From Trypanosoma brucei (Eukaryota), in the NCBI GenBank assembly GCA_000002445.1, contig CP000066.1, positions 128,001 through 192,000 on the forward strand: DNA of 64,000 bases. The letters are read 5' to 3'. Each line of letters starts with the position of its first letter. Position 1 is the stretch's first letter. The translations under genes were made by a program, and so were the position numbers. The notes below the pieces were generated by a model that was given only the letters and a program-made list of their open reading frames with translations, had not been told where the DNA came from and did not search any database. This document shows positions 25,223-37,148 of the stretch, one piece after another.

Positions 25223-28133
25223 CGCTTTATGATGTATTACCTTAAAAGAAGATAAGCAAACATTGAAAAAGATTATTTTCGATGCAAAGCAACTCAATTT
25301 TTATCCAAAGATGCCTCCTTAACAACTCCCTCTATATTAAAGAGTCACGCTCACACCTGTGTCATTCCAGCAATTCCACAGAATATGAGAGTGGCAAACG
25401 GTATTTGTTTAGATTGAAATCTCATCCATTTGCACCCGCTTGACAACTCCAATCTTACGGTATTTACGATGAGAATCCTTTGGGAAATGGCGAGGTGCAA
25501 TAATGTTACGTCCTTCAGTGCTGTTGAACACAGTTGGAGCTCTAACCACAAAAACATAACATTCAAATAAAATCAACAGCCCTCTGATGCTTGCGGAATA
25601 TGTATGTAGAAAAAATAACTTAAAAATTTAAACAAATTAATACCTCAGTAATTGTTTTCCTTTTAATTTTTATTCATGACAAAAATGAAATGTGCTTCTC
25701 CTGAGGATCGCAAAACGCCGCCTTGTCATTCGAGTGCATATCCGATGAGATTAACCTCTTCAGAAACGGGAAGTTACTCATATTTACACTGAGCTCTCCG
25801 TATGAATGCGCCCCCACATGCATCGGGATGCCTTGACATGAACTCAAGTGATGAACCCTAAAAATTATTTATCAGCAAAGTCGTCTCAGTTTCATAATTG
25901 AGATGCCAACGTGAGCAGGACGAAGTGGTCCCACTCAAAATGAGAATTCAGTTGAAATAAATAATAGTGACGAATTTCGTCTCGCGATAATTATCCCCAG
26001 GCGGAAATCCTCACATAAAACTCCACCCCCAAAAGAAAACCAAAAAAATTTTAAACATATTTCCCTGTTCTTCCTTCACGAACATCTTTTCGCATCCGAG
26101 CCGTTGAGATGTTTCATTTTAGTTGCATTCACATCCGACGCATTCATTTCTACCATTTCTATTTGCACTTGGGCTGCTTAAAAAGAAAAAAAGAATTTCA
26201 ATGCAAATTTTCCCAACCTTGTCTATAATAATAATCATAATAATTACATTGGTTTTCCACCGACCAAATTGTCAACCTCCAATAGCGCTAGTTTTATTTC
26301 AAAGGCAAAACAACGCACTGAATTAAATTATGTACTGAAAATATATAACTCTGTGGTGACATTTTTTAAAATTGTTTTTATTGCATTCCTCCACATTTCC
26401 ACCTGAAAAGGCACAACTCCGCTTTCTGGATTCAGTTCTGCTCAGTGCTTGGGAGTTCCGCAAACATGAAACAATTGCTCCCTCCATTCAGTAACGCAAA
26501 CATAACGGGGAGGTTCAGTGATAAAATCCTTGAGCCCATGCATCAAACAGGAAAGAATTTACAACATAAAAGATGATTCGCACGAAATTACAAACGTTTA
26601 ACTGTCAAGGTGCAGTGACATTAACTGGTGTCGACTCAACGTAAGCTTTCAACAATGCCCCTCTTTTTCCTCTTTTTTTTTTGTTAATTCAGGGAAATCA
26701 TAACATAAAAGTGGCCGCTGCGAGTCACTTTGCAACGGAAAAACATTACTATTAAATAAATTTCTCAACATAACTCACAGATGCCGCTACCAAAAGCGAT
26801 GGGAATTGTGCTGAAACGTCACATCTTGTGGTATAAATTCGTGAGATATTCCCTCCTGACGTATAAAAACGGATATTTGTGCATTCAACAAACTCGTAAT
26901 GGTTCCTCATGAATAGTTTTCGAAAAGGTTCAAATAATCACCAACGTGAGCACAACGCCTGCAGTGATGCGAGTATTTATAAACGTCCCATGCAAAATTT
27001 AAGTTAACTGTGTTGAACTGTAATAAAGTTAAATTCAACCGAATGAGTTGAGGTTATTGTGTGGAGGTATTCATCACTCGTAACATCATGAGGAATTCGC
27101 CACACCTCCAACGTAATCATTTAAACTCCGCATGTAATTTGATAGAGAGTTATGTATGCAATTTAAAGTTGCTTCAACTGCCTTTTCTTTTCCCCCCCTC
27201 TCTCCTTTGAAATTGACTGATTCGTATATATTTTATTAACCCTCTCGCCCCATGAGGAACTCGGGCACTTCCGATAACAACAAATCAAACACCATTGGCG
27301 TAACGCTCAGGTGGTTTCAATGCGAAAAGTTTCTCAACCGGGGAGTATTCGGTATTGTAAACTCCGTTTCTTTCGTCCTTAACGTTAATTAATGGAGTTA
27401 TAATTCACAGGTCAAAACAAACAACATAACCAACGCCATTAACACCATTTGACTTTTTATTCCTTTCTTTCTTATTTAGCCTGCAAGGGAGAATTCAAGT
27501 GAGTAAAGGCATGATGATATCAATAGCCCAGAAACCAAAACAAATAAATGTGTGTTATTTGTGTACCTGAGGTTTCAGTTTGTTTTTAGCTTATAAAAGG
27601 AGAGAGAGAGGGAGGAAAAAATATTAAAATGGCACAACTCACACCAAATATGGTGCGTAGGAACATAAAGAAAAACATCTTCTAAAAAGGGCTGCTTAAA
27701 TAACTTAACTGTTGAAGGTTAATATCACCAATCACAGTGTTCATTTTCCCGCTGATAAACATGAAGTGAAAAAACAACAATCCAACTGAATATCAGCTTA
27801 ATTTTAGTCAGTGTACCTCAAGCGGATGCACACGTAACATTCCCCTCGGAACCCCAATATTACAAACGCTTCTTTTTGTTTTTACCCCCCAAGTTAACGC
27901 AACTTTCCATGAGGAAAAAAAAAATCCCTCAACTCATCTTAACAATCATCATCTTTTCACCGAATTTACTGCAAGCGAACAACTGGATAAAACCCCGTTG
28001 ACACCAATTCATTGACCCAACACACACGTAAACCCAAACAAACATCAACTAACACATCATATCTGCGTGAATGAACCTGAATCAAAAAAAAAACGAAGAG
28101 GAAACTTCACATGGCCAATATTTAATTTCTTTT

Positions 28134-28694
28134 TTAATTCCACTCCAATTCATCAGGACGCACCGGTGTGGAAAGGGGAATGACACTACTTTTCGTCCTT
28201 TCCTTATCTCTGGGCATTGCCTTTCGCATGTCAAGTGCATCTTCATTTTCCTTAAAAGGACCTTTTGAGCCACTGCCGTGATAATAATCCAATACGCGTC
28301 TATACACCACATATCCAAGTCCTCGATACATATCTTGTGCAACTTTATTACTTTGTCTTACAAAAAGATCTACAAAATACGCATTGTGAATATATTCAGT
28401 GGTTGCCTCAAGTTCTTTCATGAGTGTTACACCCAACCCAAGTCGTCGGAAGGTTGGCGCTACCGTAACTGCTGATACGTGTCCATGGAAATCTTCAGCT
28501 TCACCTTCCGCTTTTCCGAGTGTATAAGCCATCGTAACACCTGTAGTCGGATGAATGCAAATGCGTTGATACTCGGGCCAATGCGTTACATATTCTCCAT
28601 AAAAAGAGGAATTATATGTTTCAGTTAACTGGTCCATGTTGACAAAGTTAAAAGACATAATGTCCACTAAGTTGAAATCCCTAAAAGTGGTCAT
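28134..28694 (-). CDS. NAA20: N-alpha-acetyltransferase 20 (NatB catalytic subunit, NAT3/NAA20 homolog), GNAT fold
   Basis: MTTFRDFNLVDIMSFNFVNMDQLTETYNSSFYGEYVTHWPEYQRI...GHVSAVTVAPTFRRLGLGVTLMKELE...YFVDLFVRQSNKVAQDMYRGLGYVVYRRVLDYY aligns along its full length with human NAA20 as I remember it (MTTLRAF..DDLF.FNN.NLD.LTETY...FY..Y...WPEY). The start is set at the ATG at 28694, which I checked by reverse complement to read MTTFR. The 37 upstream codons of the ORF are flank. Confidence 0.85.
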   Translation of the reverse strand: MTTFRDFNLVDIMSFNFVNMDQLTETYNSSFYGEYVTHWPEYQRICIHPTTGVTMAYTLGKAEGEAEDFHGHVSAVTVAPTFRRLGLGVTLMKELEATTEYIHNAYFVDLFVRQSNKVAQDMYRGLGYVVYRRVLDYYHGSGSKGPFKENEDALDMRKAMPRDKERTKSSVIPLSTPVRPDELEWN

Positions 28695-29054
28695 GGCAAT
28701 ACGGACTGTTTCTCTCTTCCTACCAGTTGTTGTTGTTGTTGGTAGTTGTTTTGCGTGAGAATTGTAAAAAAAGAAAAGAAAGCGAAGAGACGTCACAAAC
28801 AACAAAAAAAAGTGTGTGTGTGTATGTGTGTGTATGGAGGGTTATTGTGCGACAATAATCATGCTACCGATAGCATTTACTCATGTTCAAGCGATTAGGT
28901 GGGGAAGTTACGGAACCGTGGAAAAACAAATGTGCCCAACCAGTATGCACATCGGTTTACCGCCAACGGCGCCTTTTCTTTATATTCGACTCGTCACTTC
29001 CATTTAAACGGTTACAGAAAGAAGATGTTTCTCCTCATCATCATTTTCCATGAT

Positions 29055-31481
29055 TTAGGCATCGAATTCAGTAAATTGCTGGTGTTTATATGTTGGACCC
29101 TCCAGTTTCTTTTTGTTTTCATACCAATCCCTCGTAACTTTGCGTTGCTTTTGAACCACTGTGCTCCTATAGCGGTCATCATGTGGCACCTCCGTGCGTA
29201 GCACTTTTCGAGGCCGCTCACTGCCATCATCCAACACAACTGATGTTGTTTCTCTTGCCACTTTTCTATCTTCCTTAATGAGTCCTTGCAACTGTGAGCG
29301 AACTTCGCTGGGTCTTTTGTCAATACCAAAGTTTTGAGCGACATGACCCAAATGAAGGGCATCGGAATTGAAGAAAAGACGCTTAAGTTCCCTGGAATGA
29401 CCGGCGTATGCTCTTATGTATGACTGATAGGCGAATAATGCAAGTCTGGTGATGTCATCAGTTCTGCCGGTGCTTTCATCATTCACATTTTCTTCGTTTG
29501 AATGCCGCTTCATAACTAGTCGGCATATGGCGCGCTCCAAAGTTGCAGTGCTCTGAGCCCACATGTGATTGGCTTTGGGATCCAATTTAGTTAAATAAAA
29601 GAGGAATGACTCATATTTCCTTTCCTCTATGATTCCTGATTCGGCATTGGCACCTTTCGCCATGGAACCTAATTTGGTTTCCTTTGCTAAGAAGTTACTC
29701 AAATAAGATGCATACCCCTCCTCGTGTGGCATGAGAAATAACATGGAATCCCCCGTGTTACCAATACGTGCTGTGCGGCCAATGCGATGAATGTAACACG
29801 GCGCATCAGTAGGCGGATCATAATGCACAATCCAATCAACATTAGGCATGTCAAGCCCCCGCGCGGCAACGTCTGTGCAAAAGAGAATTCCCTTTTTGGA
29901 AGGTTGAACGCTGCTGTCCATATGTTTGAAGGCATGGAAAACAGAGGCTCGATCAACTTGTGACATATTACCGTGCAGTTTAAATATGTTAACGTCAAGA
30001 ACAGCATTTTTCTCGGATAATTCACTTACTTCAGTCGGATCCTCATCATCCGAGTCATCATCAAAAGTGACAACGTCCTCATCTCGACCCTCGTGAATGT
30101 GCCTATTGGCTTCCCCAATACGCTTTTTTAAGCTGTAGCGATTTGAGTTTTTTTGAGGTGCGCCAGCGCTTCTGCCACTGTTTGTCTTGCCACGAAAAGG
30201 TGACTTCAATCTGGACAACAAATAATAATGAAATTCAGCACTGTCTGCAGTTGAAACAAAAACGATAAGTCTTTGAGCTCCAGCGTCCAACTGCGACCGA
30301 AGAAAGCTTATGAGTGTTGCCAGGCGGTGCTTTGTTGGTACCAATACATAGTGTTGCCGCAACGATGAAGGAATAGAAAAAGTGTCCTCCGTCTCACCAA
30401 CGCGAACAATATTATCCCGTAGCGCAAAATGAGAGAGTCGTTCAACAGCCGCCGTTATGGTGGCCGAAACGAGAACTCGTTTAAACGAGGATTGCGCGTC
30501 CCCGCCGCCTGTTTGGTGTGCGTCCCGTTTCTTCGCTACTAACAAATCCATAACCTCACGAATAGTCTTTTCGAACCCCATATCGAGTAACCGATCAGCC
30601 TCATCCAACACAATAGTTTGCAACTCCTCTACTCGAAAGGATGATGTGGCCTTGAGATGATCCAAAAGCCTTCCAGGCGTCGTTGCCAAAATTGTTATTC
30701 CTTTTCGTAGTCTCGCCTTTTCCTTGTGCCTATTCTCACCTCCATGAATCCCGCCTACCGTAAGGAAGAGGGCACAACGCGTAAGAATAGTGAGTACATC
30801 CGACACCTGTACTACCAACTCTCGAACTGGACACAAAACAATAATGACAGAACCGACGTCACGCTTCAGTGGCCGGGTGTCGCAATCGCAGAGCAATTGA
30901 TGAAGCAGAGGAAGCGCATACGCTAAAGTTTTACCGCTTCCCGTCTCGCTTCTGACGAGAACATCACGTGTTTTATCAACCATGGGCATCCAACTAAGTT
31001 TTTGTATGCGCGTCAACGAGTTAATGCACAAAACTTCTGTTAAGGGCCGAATCAACTTCTTGTGCACAAGTTCTGCTATGGGAGGAAGTGATTCGGCTTC
31101 ATGGCTTACACTATCTGCTTGAAACGCCACGGACTCCGCCTCAACTTCTTTCGGCACCGGCACTACTTTTGAGGCTGTTCGTTTTACGGGAACGTCACTT
31201 GATTTTTTCACACGTCCCACCGTTCCACCGTCGGGTTTCTGCTGCTGAACTTCCGAAGAACGTTGAGTCTTTTTGTCTTTTATAGATTCGCTAGAATTTG
31301 CACATTGCGTTGCCGCTTGGTTTTTCCTTTTGGCAGCACCCTTCACAACCACTTCGTCACTAATATCAGTTAACTGAGATGAACCGGTAGCAGAGAGTAA
31401 ATGCCGAAGTGCGTCTTGTTCGTCATTTTCCGTAAGGCCGTGAACACAGAGATGAGCCCTCTCGGAACCCGCTAGTGACAT
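29055..31481 (-). CDS. ATP-dependent DEAD-box RNA helicase with long N- and C-terminal extensions (nucleolar DDX10/DDX31-like class)
   Basis: Helicase motifs are present: ETGSGKTLAYALPLL (motif I), VLDEADRLLDMGF (motif II, DEAD), SAT, and HRIGRTARIGNTG (motif VI). I trimmed the start to the ATG at 31481 (MSLAGSER...). The 84 ORF codons upstream encode poly-Leu/poly-Pro from a low-complexity tract. Confidence 0.85.
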   Translation of the reverse strand: MSLAGSERAHLCVHGLTENDEQDALRHLLSATGSSQLTDISDEVVVKGAAKRKNQAATQCANSSESIKDKKTQRSSEVQQQKPDGGTVGRVKKSSDVPVKRTASKVVPVPKEVEAESVAFQADSVSHEAESLPPIAELVHKKLIRPLTEVLCINSLTRIQKLSWMPMVDKTRDVLVRSETGSGKTLAYALPLLHQLLCDCDTRPLKRDVGSVIIVLCPVRELVVQVSDVLTILTRCALFLTVGGIHGGENRHKEKARLRKGITILATTPGRLLDHLKATSSFRVEELQTIVLDEADRLLDMGFEKTIREVMDLLVAKKRDAHQTGGGDAQSSFKRVLVSATITAAVERLSHFALRDNIVRVGETEDTFSIPSSLRQHYVLVPTKHRLATLISFLRSQLDAGAQRLIVFVSTADSAEFHYYLLSRLKSPFRGKTNSGRSAGAPQKNSNRYSLKKRIGEANRHIHEGRDEDVVTFDDDSDDEDPTEVSELSEKNAVLDVNIFKLHGNMSQVDRASVFHAFKHMDSSVQPSKKGILFCTDVAARGLDMPNVDWIVHYDPPTDAPCYIHRIGRTARIGNTGDSMLFLMPHEEGYASYLSNFLAKETKLGSMAKGANAESGIIEERKYESFLFYLTKLDPKANHMWAQSTATLERAICRLVMKRHSNEENVNDESTGRTDDITRLALFAYQSYIRAYAGHSRELKRLFFNSDALHLGHVAQNFGIDKRPSEVRSQLQGLIKEDRKVARETTSVVLDDGSERPRKVLRTEVPHDDRYRSTVVQKQRKVTRDWYENKKKLEGPTYKHQQFTEFDA

Positions 31482-31560
31482 AAATATTTTCTTTTCCGCT
31501 TTAACAGTTTCCTTTTCCTTAACTTTTCCCCGACAAACCCCTTTGGTTCCCTCTGTTTTT

Positions 31561-31620
31561 AGGATGGTGAAGAGAGGAGGAGGAGGAGGAGGAGGGGGGA
31601 TAAAAAATAAAAAAAAAAGA
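31561..31620 (-). promoter_or_regulatory. Polypyrimidine tract (on the minus strand) upstream of the helicase gene, candidate trans-splicing signal
   Basis: The plus strand reads aggatggtgaagagaggaggaggaggaggagggggga taaaaaataaaaaaaaaaga, which is a long C/T run on the minus strand about 80-140 nt upstream of the ATG at 31481. Confidence 0.4.
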
Positions 31621-31922
31621 AGGCCAGTAGATGGTGAAATGTAATAAATTGCACGATAATGGGCAATCGCATGTTCGGAAACACTGACGGGTTTCAACAA
31701 CAACAACAACAATAGCACCAACAGCAGTAACAAAGATTATGTATAGATGTGCGGAATAAGCATTTGAGCTTACAAAAATGACAAAACACAAAACCCGTTC
31801 TTTACTTTTGTCATCGTCTCATCTTTCCTTTTTTTTTTTGTAATTGCACTTGTTTCCCCCTCGCCCAATTCCCATCATCGCCGTTACCACTATTTTCTGC
31901 CTCACCGTAACATGTGGTTCCC

Positions 31923-32153
31923 CTACGCATCCTTTTTTCCCCGCTCACTCTGGGCTTTACTGCGTCGGATTTGTTGGCAAAGAAGCTCTAACTTCACCGC
32001 TTCAGTTAAAAGTTTGCGTCCTTCTTCTCGCTGTCGCATGTTATAAATTTTTATACCGACTAAAAATACACCCAAAATGACAAATGCAACCCAACTCTGA
32101 TCGAGAAGGAATGAGAACCAGTCGTTCTCTGCGGGTGAAATCGACATTTGCAC
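31923..32153 (-). CDS. Candidate small single-pass membrane protein (76 aa), hypothetical
   Basis: MQMSISPAENDWFSFLLDQSWVAFVILGVFLVGIKIYNMRQREEGRKLLTEAVKLELLCQQIRRSK has one clear transmembrane helix and a charged C-tail. It is co-oriented with the array and lies in the helicase upstream spacer. It could be a chance ORF. Confidence 0.3.
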   Translation of the reverse strand: MQMSISPAENDWFSFLLDQSWVAFVILGVFLVGIKIYNMRQREEGRKLLTEAVKLELLCQQIRRSKAQSERGKKDA

Positions 32154-32523
32154 GTCCTATAGAGCCAACTTGTGAAGTTGCTTGTAATTAAATGGGCAAA
32201 AGTTGTTGCACCACTTACTATGCCGGTTGTGTCTCCTTCACAAACTCGAACACGCAGGAAAGCGGCAACGCGTGAAGAGAAACAGTAAAGAAAAAAAAAT
32301 TGGGAACGAATAAGTGCTACCTGAAAATTACAAATACAAAAGGTAGAGAGTATCCAAGGCGATTACACGTGAAGTTAAGATGATGGGACAAACAAAGGTT
32401 TTAGAGACAACCATTTGACACACCTACGGAGAGCTTAAGCCAACGATCCTGGCGGTTTAGTTGTTGTGTAATTCGGTACGTGTGGGCTGATGTGGGAGAA
32501 GAGCATGGAGAGATGACTCTCCT

Positions 32524-33423
32524 TCACCTCGCTGCACTTGACTCTCTGCGGTAAGATTTGAAGGCTTGGACGATACGGAACACGAACATGGCAACACCAA
32601 AAAAGATACTCATGCTGTACTGTTCATAAAACCCCTTCTCCGGTGGTTTCCTCCGTGTTAATCCAATAATAATACTTCCTTCATACGCCCTCTGATCTGT
32701 TGCACCTTGTGGATTATTTCCTGCACCTACACCGCGACTGACACGATGTCCCCTCCTCCTCCTTCCTGCATTACGCCGGTTGGTTGAGCCTTGTGAACCC
32801 TCATCCTCAGTGACGTCTTTCTTATGTACACACGAAGCCGTTAAACTGTTAGCAACGAACTCAAGTTCGACGTACTGAAGCGTTTGCTTCGCCCTCCAGC
32901 TGTCACTTTTCAGGCCTCGTGCATCGCTTCCAATTGCACGAATAAATACGCTTGGTTGAATTGTACCGCACTCACTTGCTGCATTTCCGGGTTTCGAGAA
33001 GTGCCCCACATATTCCACCAGCTGCGTCATTCGCATTTCTCCTTCAAAACCTGGACGGTATTCTGTTGGAAGCGCATTGAGCCGCTCACCACAAATGATG
33101 TAATGTTTCACCGCCTCCTCATCCGCTCCGGCAGCAAATGCCCTGAGACCACTCGCATCATGTTCAACAGTTCCTTCGAGGGCTCCTGTGAAGTTAACAT
33201 TTACGGATTGCATATAAGCGGTACCGTCAGTGAAGGTCACCGTTTCACCAATAATAAATGGGCGACATGGAGTTTGTACCACAATACCCCATTCCCCACT
33301 CATACGCGAGGTAATTTGATGAGGAAGTTGCACATTCACTGCTCTGCCACCAGTGGTGAAGAAGGCGTAAAAGAGCAGTGGGACTAAGAGAAACCCCCTC
33401 ATCATCGTTAGCATCTCATTCAC
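32524..33423 (-). CDS. Hypothetical type-I membrane protein (signal peptide + C-terminal TM)
   Basis: 299 aa. The N-terminus MNEMLTMMRGFLLVPLLFYAFFTTGGRA is a signal peptide, and a C-terminal transmembrane helix (SMSIFFGVAMFVFRIV) is followed by a basic tail. The amino-acid composition is normal for a real protein. I do not recognise a domain. Confidence 0.6.
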   Translation of the reverse strand: MNEMLTMMRGFLLVPLLFYAFFTTGGRAVNVQLPHQITSRMSGEWGIVVQTPCRPFIIGETVTFTDGTAYMQSVNVNFTGALEGTVEHDASGLRAFAAGADEEAVKHYIICGERLNALPTEYRPGFEGEMRMTQLVEYVGHFSKPGNAASECGTIQPSVFIRAIGSDARGLKSDSWRAKQTLQYVELEFVANSLTASCVHKKDVTEDEGSQGSTNRRNAGRRRRGHRVSRGVGAGNNPQGATDQRAYEGSIIIGLTRRKPPEKGFYEQYSMSIFFGVAMFVFRIVQAFKSYRRESSAAR

Positions 33424-33753
33424 AAGACGAAAGGGAAGAAAAATATTGGTGATAACGAAGCTGCTTGCGTGCTCACATAATGATGTTAGTTCGCCACAAA
33501 CAAAGGGGAGAGGAAAAGTAAAAATAAAAATAAATGTGACTGATGTATATTAAACGGATGAATTGAAATAACATGTCGATGAAACGCAAGCAAGCAAAGA
33601 AGAAAGTGTGTGGAGAAGTGTAATGAAAAGGCTAAGCGACGCCTCATATCCTCACAGTACTGTGGCATATACACACACACATAATCATTCCACATCACAC
33701 ATAACTTGTGTGGCACTGAATGAAAAGAAGAAAAAACAAAGCCATGTCGACTG

Positions 33754-34023
33754 TTACAAGTCGTCATCGTAGTTGGGTCGTAGGAAGTCGTTCCAGGCCA
33801 TACTAAACAGATCAACACCATGATTCGATTTGACAACAATATAAACTGCTGTAAACGCGGCAAGTAACAGAGCGATGTTTAACACGCCGGAGACCATCGT
33901 ACCGACGGGGTTCACCATTTCGGGCCGCTGGTGGTTCATCATCTCCCCTTTCCCTTTTGTTTTTGTTTTGTTATCGCCTTTTCTTTTTTCGTAAGGGGTG
34001 CGACTATTCATGTGACAGTGCAA
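33754..34023 (-). CDS. Candidate small membrane protein (62-89 aa), hypothetical
   Basis: A transmembrane segment VSGVLNIALLLAAFTAVYIVV is followed by an acidic tail NDFLRPNYDDDL. An internal start MMNHQRPEM gives a 62 aa product. Orientation matches the array. Confidence 0.3.
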   Translation of the reverse strand: MHCHMNSRTPYEKRKGDNKTKTKGKGEMMNHQRPEMVNPVGTMVSGVLNIALLLAAFTAVYIVVKSNHGVDLFSMAWNDFLRPNYDDDL

Positions 34024-34236
34024 TCAAGAAAAAAAAGGGGGAAAAGAAGTTGTTGGTGCTGGAAAAATGAGTCCTGTCACAGAAGATCACATGTGTATCT
34101 GGTTAGGTTATCCTAGACAGAATTTCAACAAGAAAATAATAATAATAATAATAAACACACTATGGAATGTAACGCTGGCTGTTTTACGTGTAATAACGAA
34201 GGGATGTAAGGAAGAGAAATAGTACAAGGGTTAAGT

Positions 34237-35421
34237 TTACTCGTCAGGTTTGTGGTTGTACAAACCCTTCTCCATCATCTCAACAGATACGGCAAAAAAC
34301 GCTTCTTCATCCATTTTGGCGTTTCTGGCGGGACCGCTGTCGCGCGGAGCCGAACCCTCCATTGGTTCCTTGACAAAAGCGGCATTCGTGAAACTGGGCA
34401 TTAACGCAGCGAAATAAGAGCGCTTGACGTTATTGCGGAAGTTCCGCCTCCCGGTACCCTTCTCTGCACCACCTGCACGTCTGGAGGGTCGAAGTCGGTG
34501 CTCCACAGCAGCCGGATACTCTGCAACTTTCCTGCAACCTAAACAATATATATATTCCCCATCCACACAACGCCTCGATACCTGAAAGCCCCAGGTTAGA
34601 CATTTCATGAGTCTCAGGAAACTTCCTTTTTCTCGGGACACCATGCAGAGAGGAAACCTTAACAACAAGGCACCTGACGGTTTAAGAAGATACGAACTTA
34701 GCGTCATCGCATCTCTGACATCCTGCAGTACGCTTACGGTAGAAACCGAGTTTTGTGGAAACATCCCCATTTCATGAGGCCCACTGAAGTCAAGTGCCAC
34801 AACGTCTGCCGCGCAGCTGTGAAATAACTCCCGCAAAAAAACGACAGGAGTACACACGACAGCACTTTTGTCAGATAAACCGCCTTCCAACAGATGCGGC
34901 TCAACGGATGAGGGAAAACGATCCGACATGGACTGGTGTGCGGTGTGCCGCCTGACATGCGCAGCCGCCTCATTTACTGTAAGAGGAAGTTCGCAAGCTT
35001 TTGAAAAATTATTACCAACTGGCTCTTGGACCCCAATGTTGCAGCAGGAGCCAGAGAATAAATAAAAAAGGGGATCAGCCGAAACATTGAAATCCGCTTC
35101 ATCGAACAGCGACTGGAGAAAACGCTCCTTGCGACTGTACTCATCCTCTAATCGAAGGGGATGCAGAACATTTCCCACATGTTCATGTTGCACCAGCGGT
35201 CGCTTCAGCTCCCGACAGCGTGACAAGTGTTCCACTATCAACGATTGCACTGTGCCATGCCACTGGCCACCAATGTAAAAAAGACGAGCATCATTTATGA
35301 GCCACTGATGCTTTCTTTGCAATGTATTCAATACTTTTCTCACTCCACCGACGCTTACCACCGCTTCATTCATCAGGTGAAACAGCGTAAAAACATGTAC
35401 CAAACGAAAACAAACAAACAA
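34237..35421 (-). CDS. Hypothetical protein (394 aa), no confidently recognised domain
   Basis: Long minus-strand ORF with protein-like composition. An alternative start MNEAVVS lies 16 codons in. I looked for phosphoesterase, methyltransferase and KxDG signatures and none was convincing. Confidence 0.55.
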   Translation of the reverse strand: MFVCFRLVHVFTLFHLMNEAVVSVGGVRKVLNTLQRKHQWLINDARLFYIGGQWHGTVQSLIVEHLSRCRELKRPLVQHEHVGNVLHPLRLEDEYSRKERFLQSLFDEADFNVSADPLFYLFSGSCCNIGVQEPVGNNFSKACELPLTVNEAAAHVRRHTAHQSMSDRFPSSVEPHLLEGGLSDKSAVVCTPVVFLRELFHSCAADVVALDFSGPHEMGMFPQNSVSTVSVLQDVRDAMTLSSYLLKPSGALLLRFPLCMVSREKGSFLRLMKCLTWGFQVSRRCVDGEYIYCLGCRKVAEYPAAVEHRLRPSRRAGGAEKGTGRRNFRNNVKRSYFAALMPSFTNAAFVKEPMEGSAPRDSGPARNAKMDEEAFFAVSVEMMEKGLYNHKPDE

Positions 35422-35699
35422 ACAAACACAGCTGAAACGGTTATGTTTGATAATCCTTTATACGCAAATGGGATAGAGACACATACAAAGAGAAGTAAAA
35501 GGAGAGGAGCGGAGTACTGGGAAATGTCAGCGGAGATGAAAGCAAAGCAAATGATCCGATTTTACAGAAAAAAAAATGAAAAATATCCACCAGTGGGAAG
35601 GAGTGCATGTCACAAAATTAACTACTCCAGCGCAAGACATTACTTCAAATCAACAGAGACTGTGATGTGCAACGAAAATTATACAGCAGGGAAACATCG

Positions 35700-37148
35700 T
35701 TAGGTGATGGGAACACCACAACTACGGGTGGTCGGAGTTGTAGGCGCCTGCGTGAAGCAGCTTCCAAGGAGCCGATCCTTTTTGAAAAGATAATCCTGCT
35801 CCAAAAGACTACAGACCCTTATAAAATTTTCCATTTCTTTTTGCATCAGCATCATGCGCAATTCATTGGCTGCAGTGCATTGGTTGCCAAGTTGGGAAAT
35901 GAAAAGTGTCTGGCGCCTTGATCGTAGCAATTCATTCGCCAGTTCATGCAACGGCACCTGCGCGATCAAGTTGCAAACGCAGTCTTGAGTTTGGGACTCT
36001 CTGGAGGCGATTGACGAATTAAGTGAACTTTCAGGAGTTGAACGACCACCACTACGATACACAACGGGGGGCAAATAAGGATCAGACGCGTTGCTGCTGC
36101 CAGAAGTTTTGGTGCCTTTTTGAACCTCCCCAAATATTTTGGCTGGCTGCTCAGCAACAGCCACTGCAGCGGAATCGCTCCCATTCCCAGACGGACCGAC
36201 TTCCGTGGAAGTTATTTGGGAAGTTAAACTTGAATCGGCACAGCAATTTGATTGCAGGAGAATGTTTTTTAGTGCCGCCCGCTCATTTCTGAGTTGCCTT
36301 GCGGCGTCAGCCAACGCCTCACGCTTCGCGTCGACACAAACCTCAACTTCTTCTGTAAGTTGTTTAACGCGTATTTCATGAAGTTGAGCTCTCGACACCA
36401 TCGCGTCCGATACCGTGTTGTAGGCGTCCAAGTTTGTCTCAGAATCATATGCAGCTATGCAAATCTTCGATACAGTCCCGCCAATGTTGCGCAAGACGTC
36501 AGCAATTTCTATCCGTTCGTTGTCATCAAAAATAGCACCATCATCATCTAACAAGGCGCGGCATAGTTTATCGTAATTTTTTGCCATTTCTCTCGCAAAC
36601 ATTTTCATGCTAACGGGAAAAGTAACGCGAGAAGGTGGTGAACTAATTCCATCACTAACTAGAGTTTTGTTTTCGGAAAGTGTACCGGCCTCACTGCCAC
36701 TACGCCGTTGTTGGGGACCCCTTTCATCAACTTCAACTCCCTCAGTTTCCCTCAATGCAGAATTTGTTAAATACTGTAAGAAGGAAGACCCAGGAAGGCG
36801 AGGCATGGGAGAACTTTTACATGCCTTTTGTTGTCCAATACACCCTTTTTCACTATCAGAGTTATGTTCTCTATCATATGGTTTAGGGGGTGGCCGACGT
36901 GGCCGAGTTACGGACTCTCGAGTATTGGAAAAAGAGGGACTATTATTTTTTATCAAAGGTTCACCCGGTTTCAACCCTTCAGGATTCCGCGGAAAAAGAG
37001 ATGGCCACGACATACCCCATGAATTATCACCAGATACTCCTTGTGTTGAACCATTAACCGCTTCAGCGCATTTGCGCGCTCGCGACTCGGGTTTCACTAC
37101 ATTACATGTATCGCTCTTCTCCCTAAAAGGACAGGGCGTTGATAGCAT
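35700..37148 (-). CDS. Hypothetical protein (482 aa) with a central predicted coiled-coil and Ser/Pro-rich flanks
   Basis: Long ORF co-oriented with its neighbours. A central segment (EIRVKQLTEEVEVCVDAKREALADAARQLRNERAALKNILLQ) shows a heptad-like pattern. The antisense ORF 36607-37173 is judged spurious. Confidence 0.55.
   Translation of the reverse strand: MLSTPCPFREKSDTCNVVKPESRARKCAEAVNGSTQGVSGDNSWGMSWPSLFPRNPEGLKPGEPLIKNNSPSFSNTRESVTRPRRPPPKPYDREHNSDSEKGCIGQQKACKSSPMPRLPGSSFLQYLTNSALRETEGVEVDERGPQQRRSGSEAGTLSENKTLVSDGISSPPSRVTFPVSMKMFAREMAKNYDKLCRALLDDDGAIFDDNERIEIADVLRNIGGTVSKICIAAYDSETNLDAYNTVSDAMVSRAQLHEIRVKQLTEEVEVCVDAKREALADAARQLRNERAALKNILLQSNCCADSSLTSQITSTEVGPSGNGSDSAAVAVAEQPAKIFGEVQKGTKTSGSSNASDPYLPPVVYRSGGRSTPESSLNSSIASRESQTQDCVCNLIAQVPLHELANELLRSRRQTLFISQLGNQCTAANELRMMLMQKEMENFIRVCSLLEQDYLFKKDRLLGSCFTQAPTTPTTRSCGVPIT

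Noticed and set aside
31482-31733. N-terminal 84 codons of the helicase ORF (poly-Leu/poly-Pro)
   Set aside because: Translation of a homopolymeric purine/pyrimidine tract. The real start is more likely the ATG at 31481, before the helicase Q-motif region.
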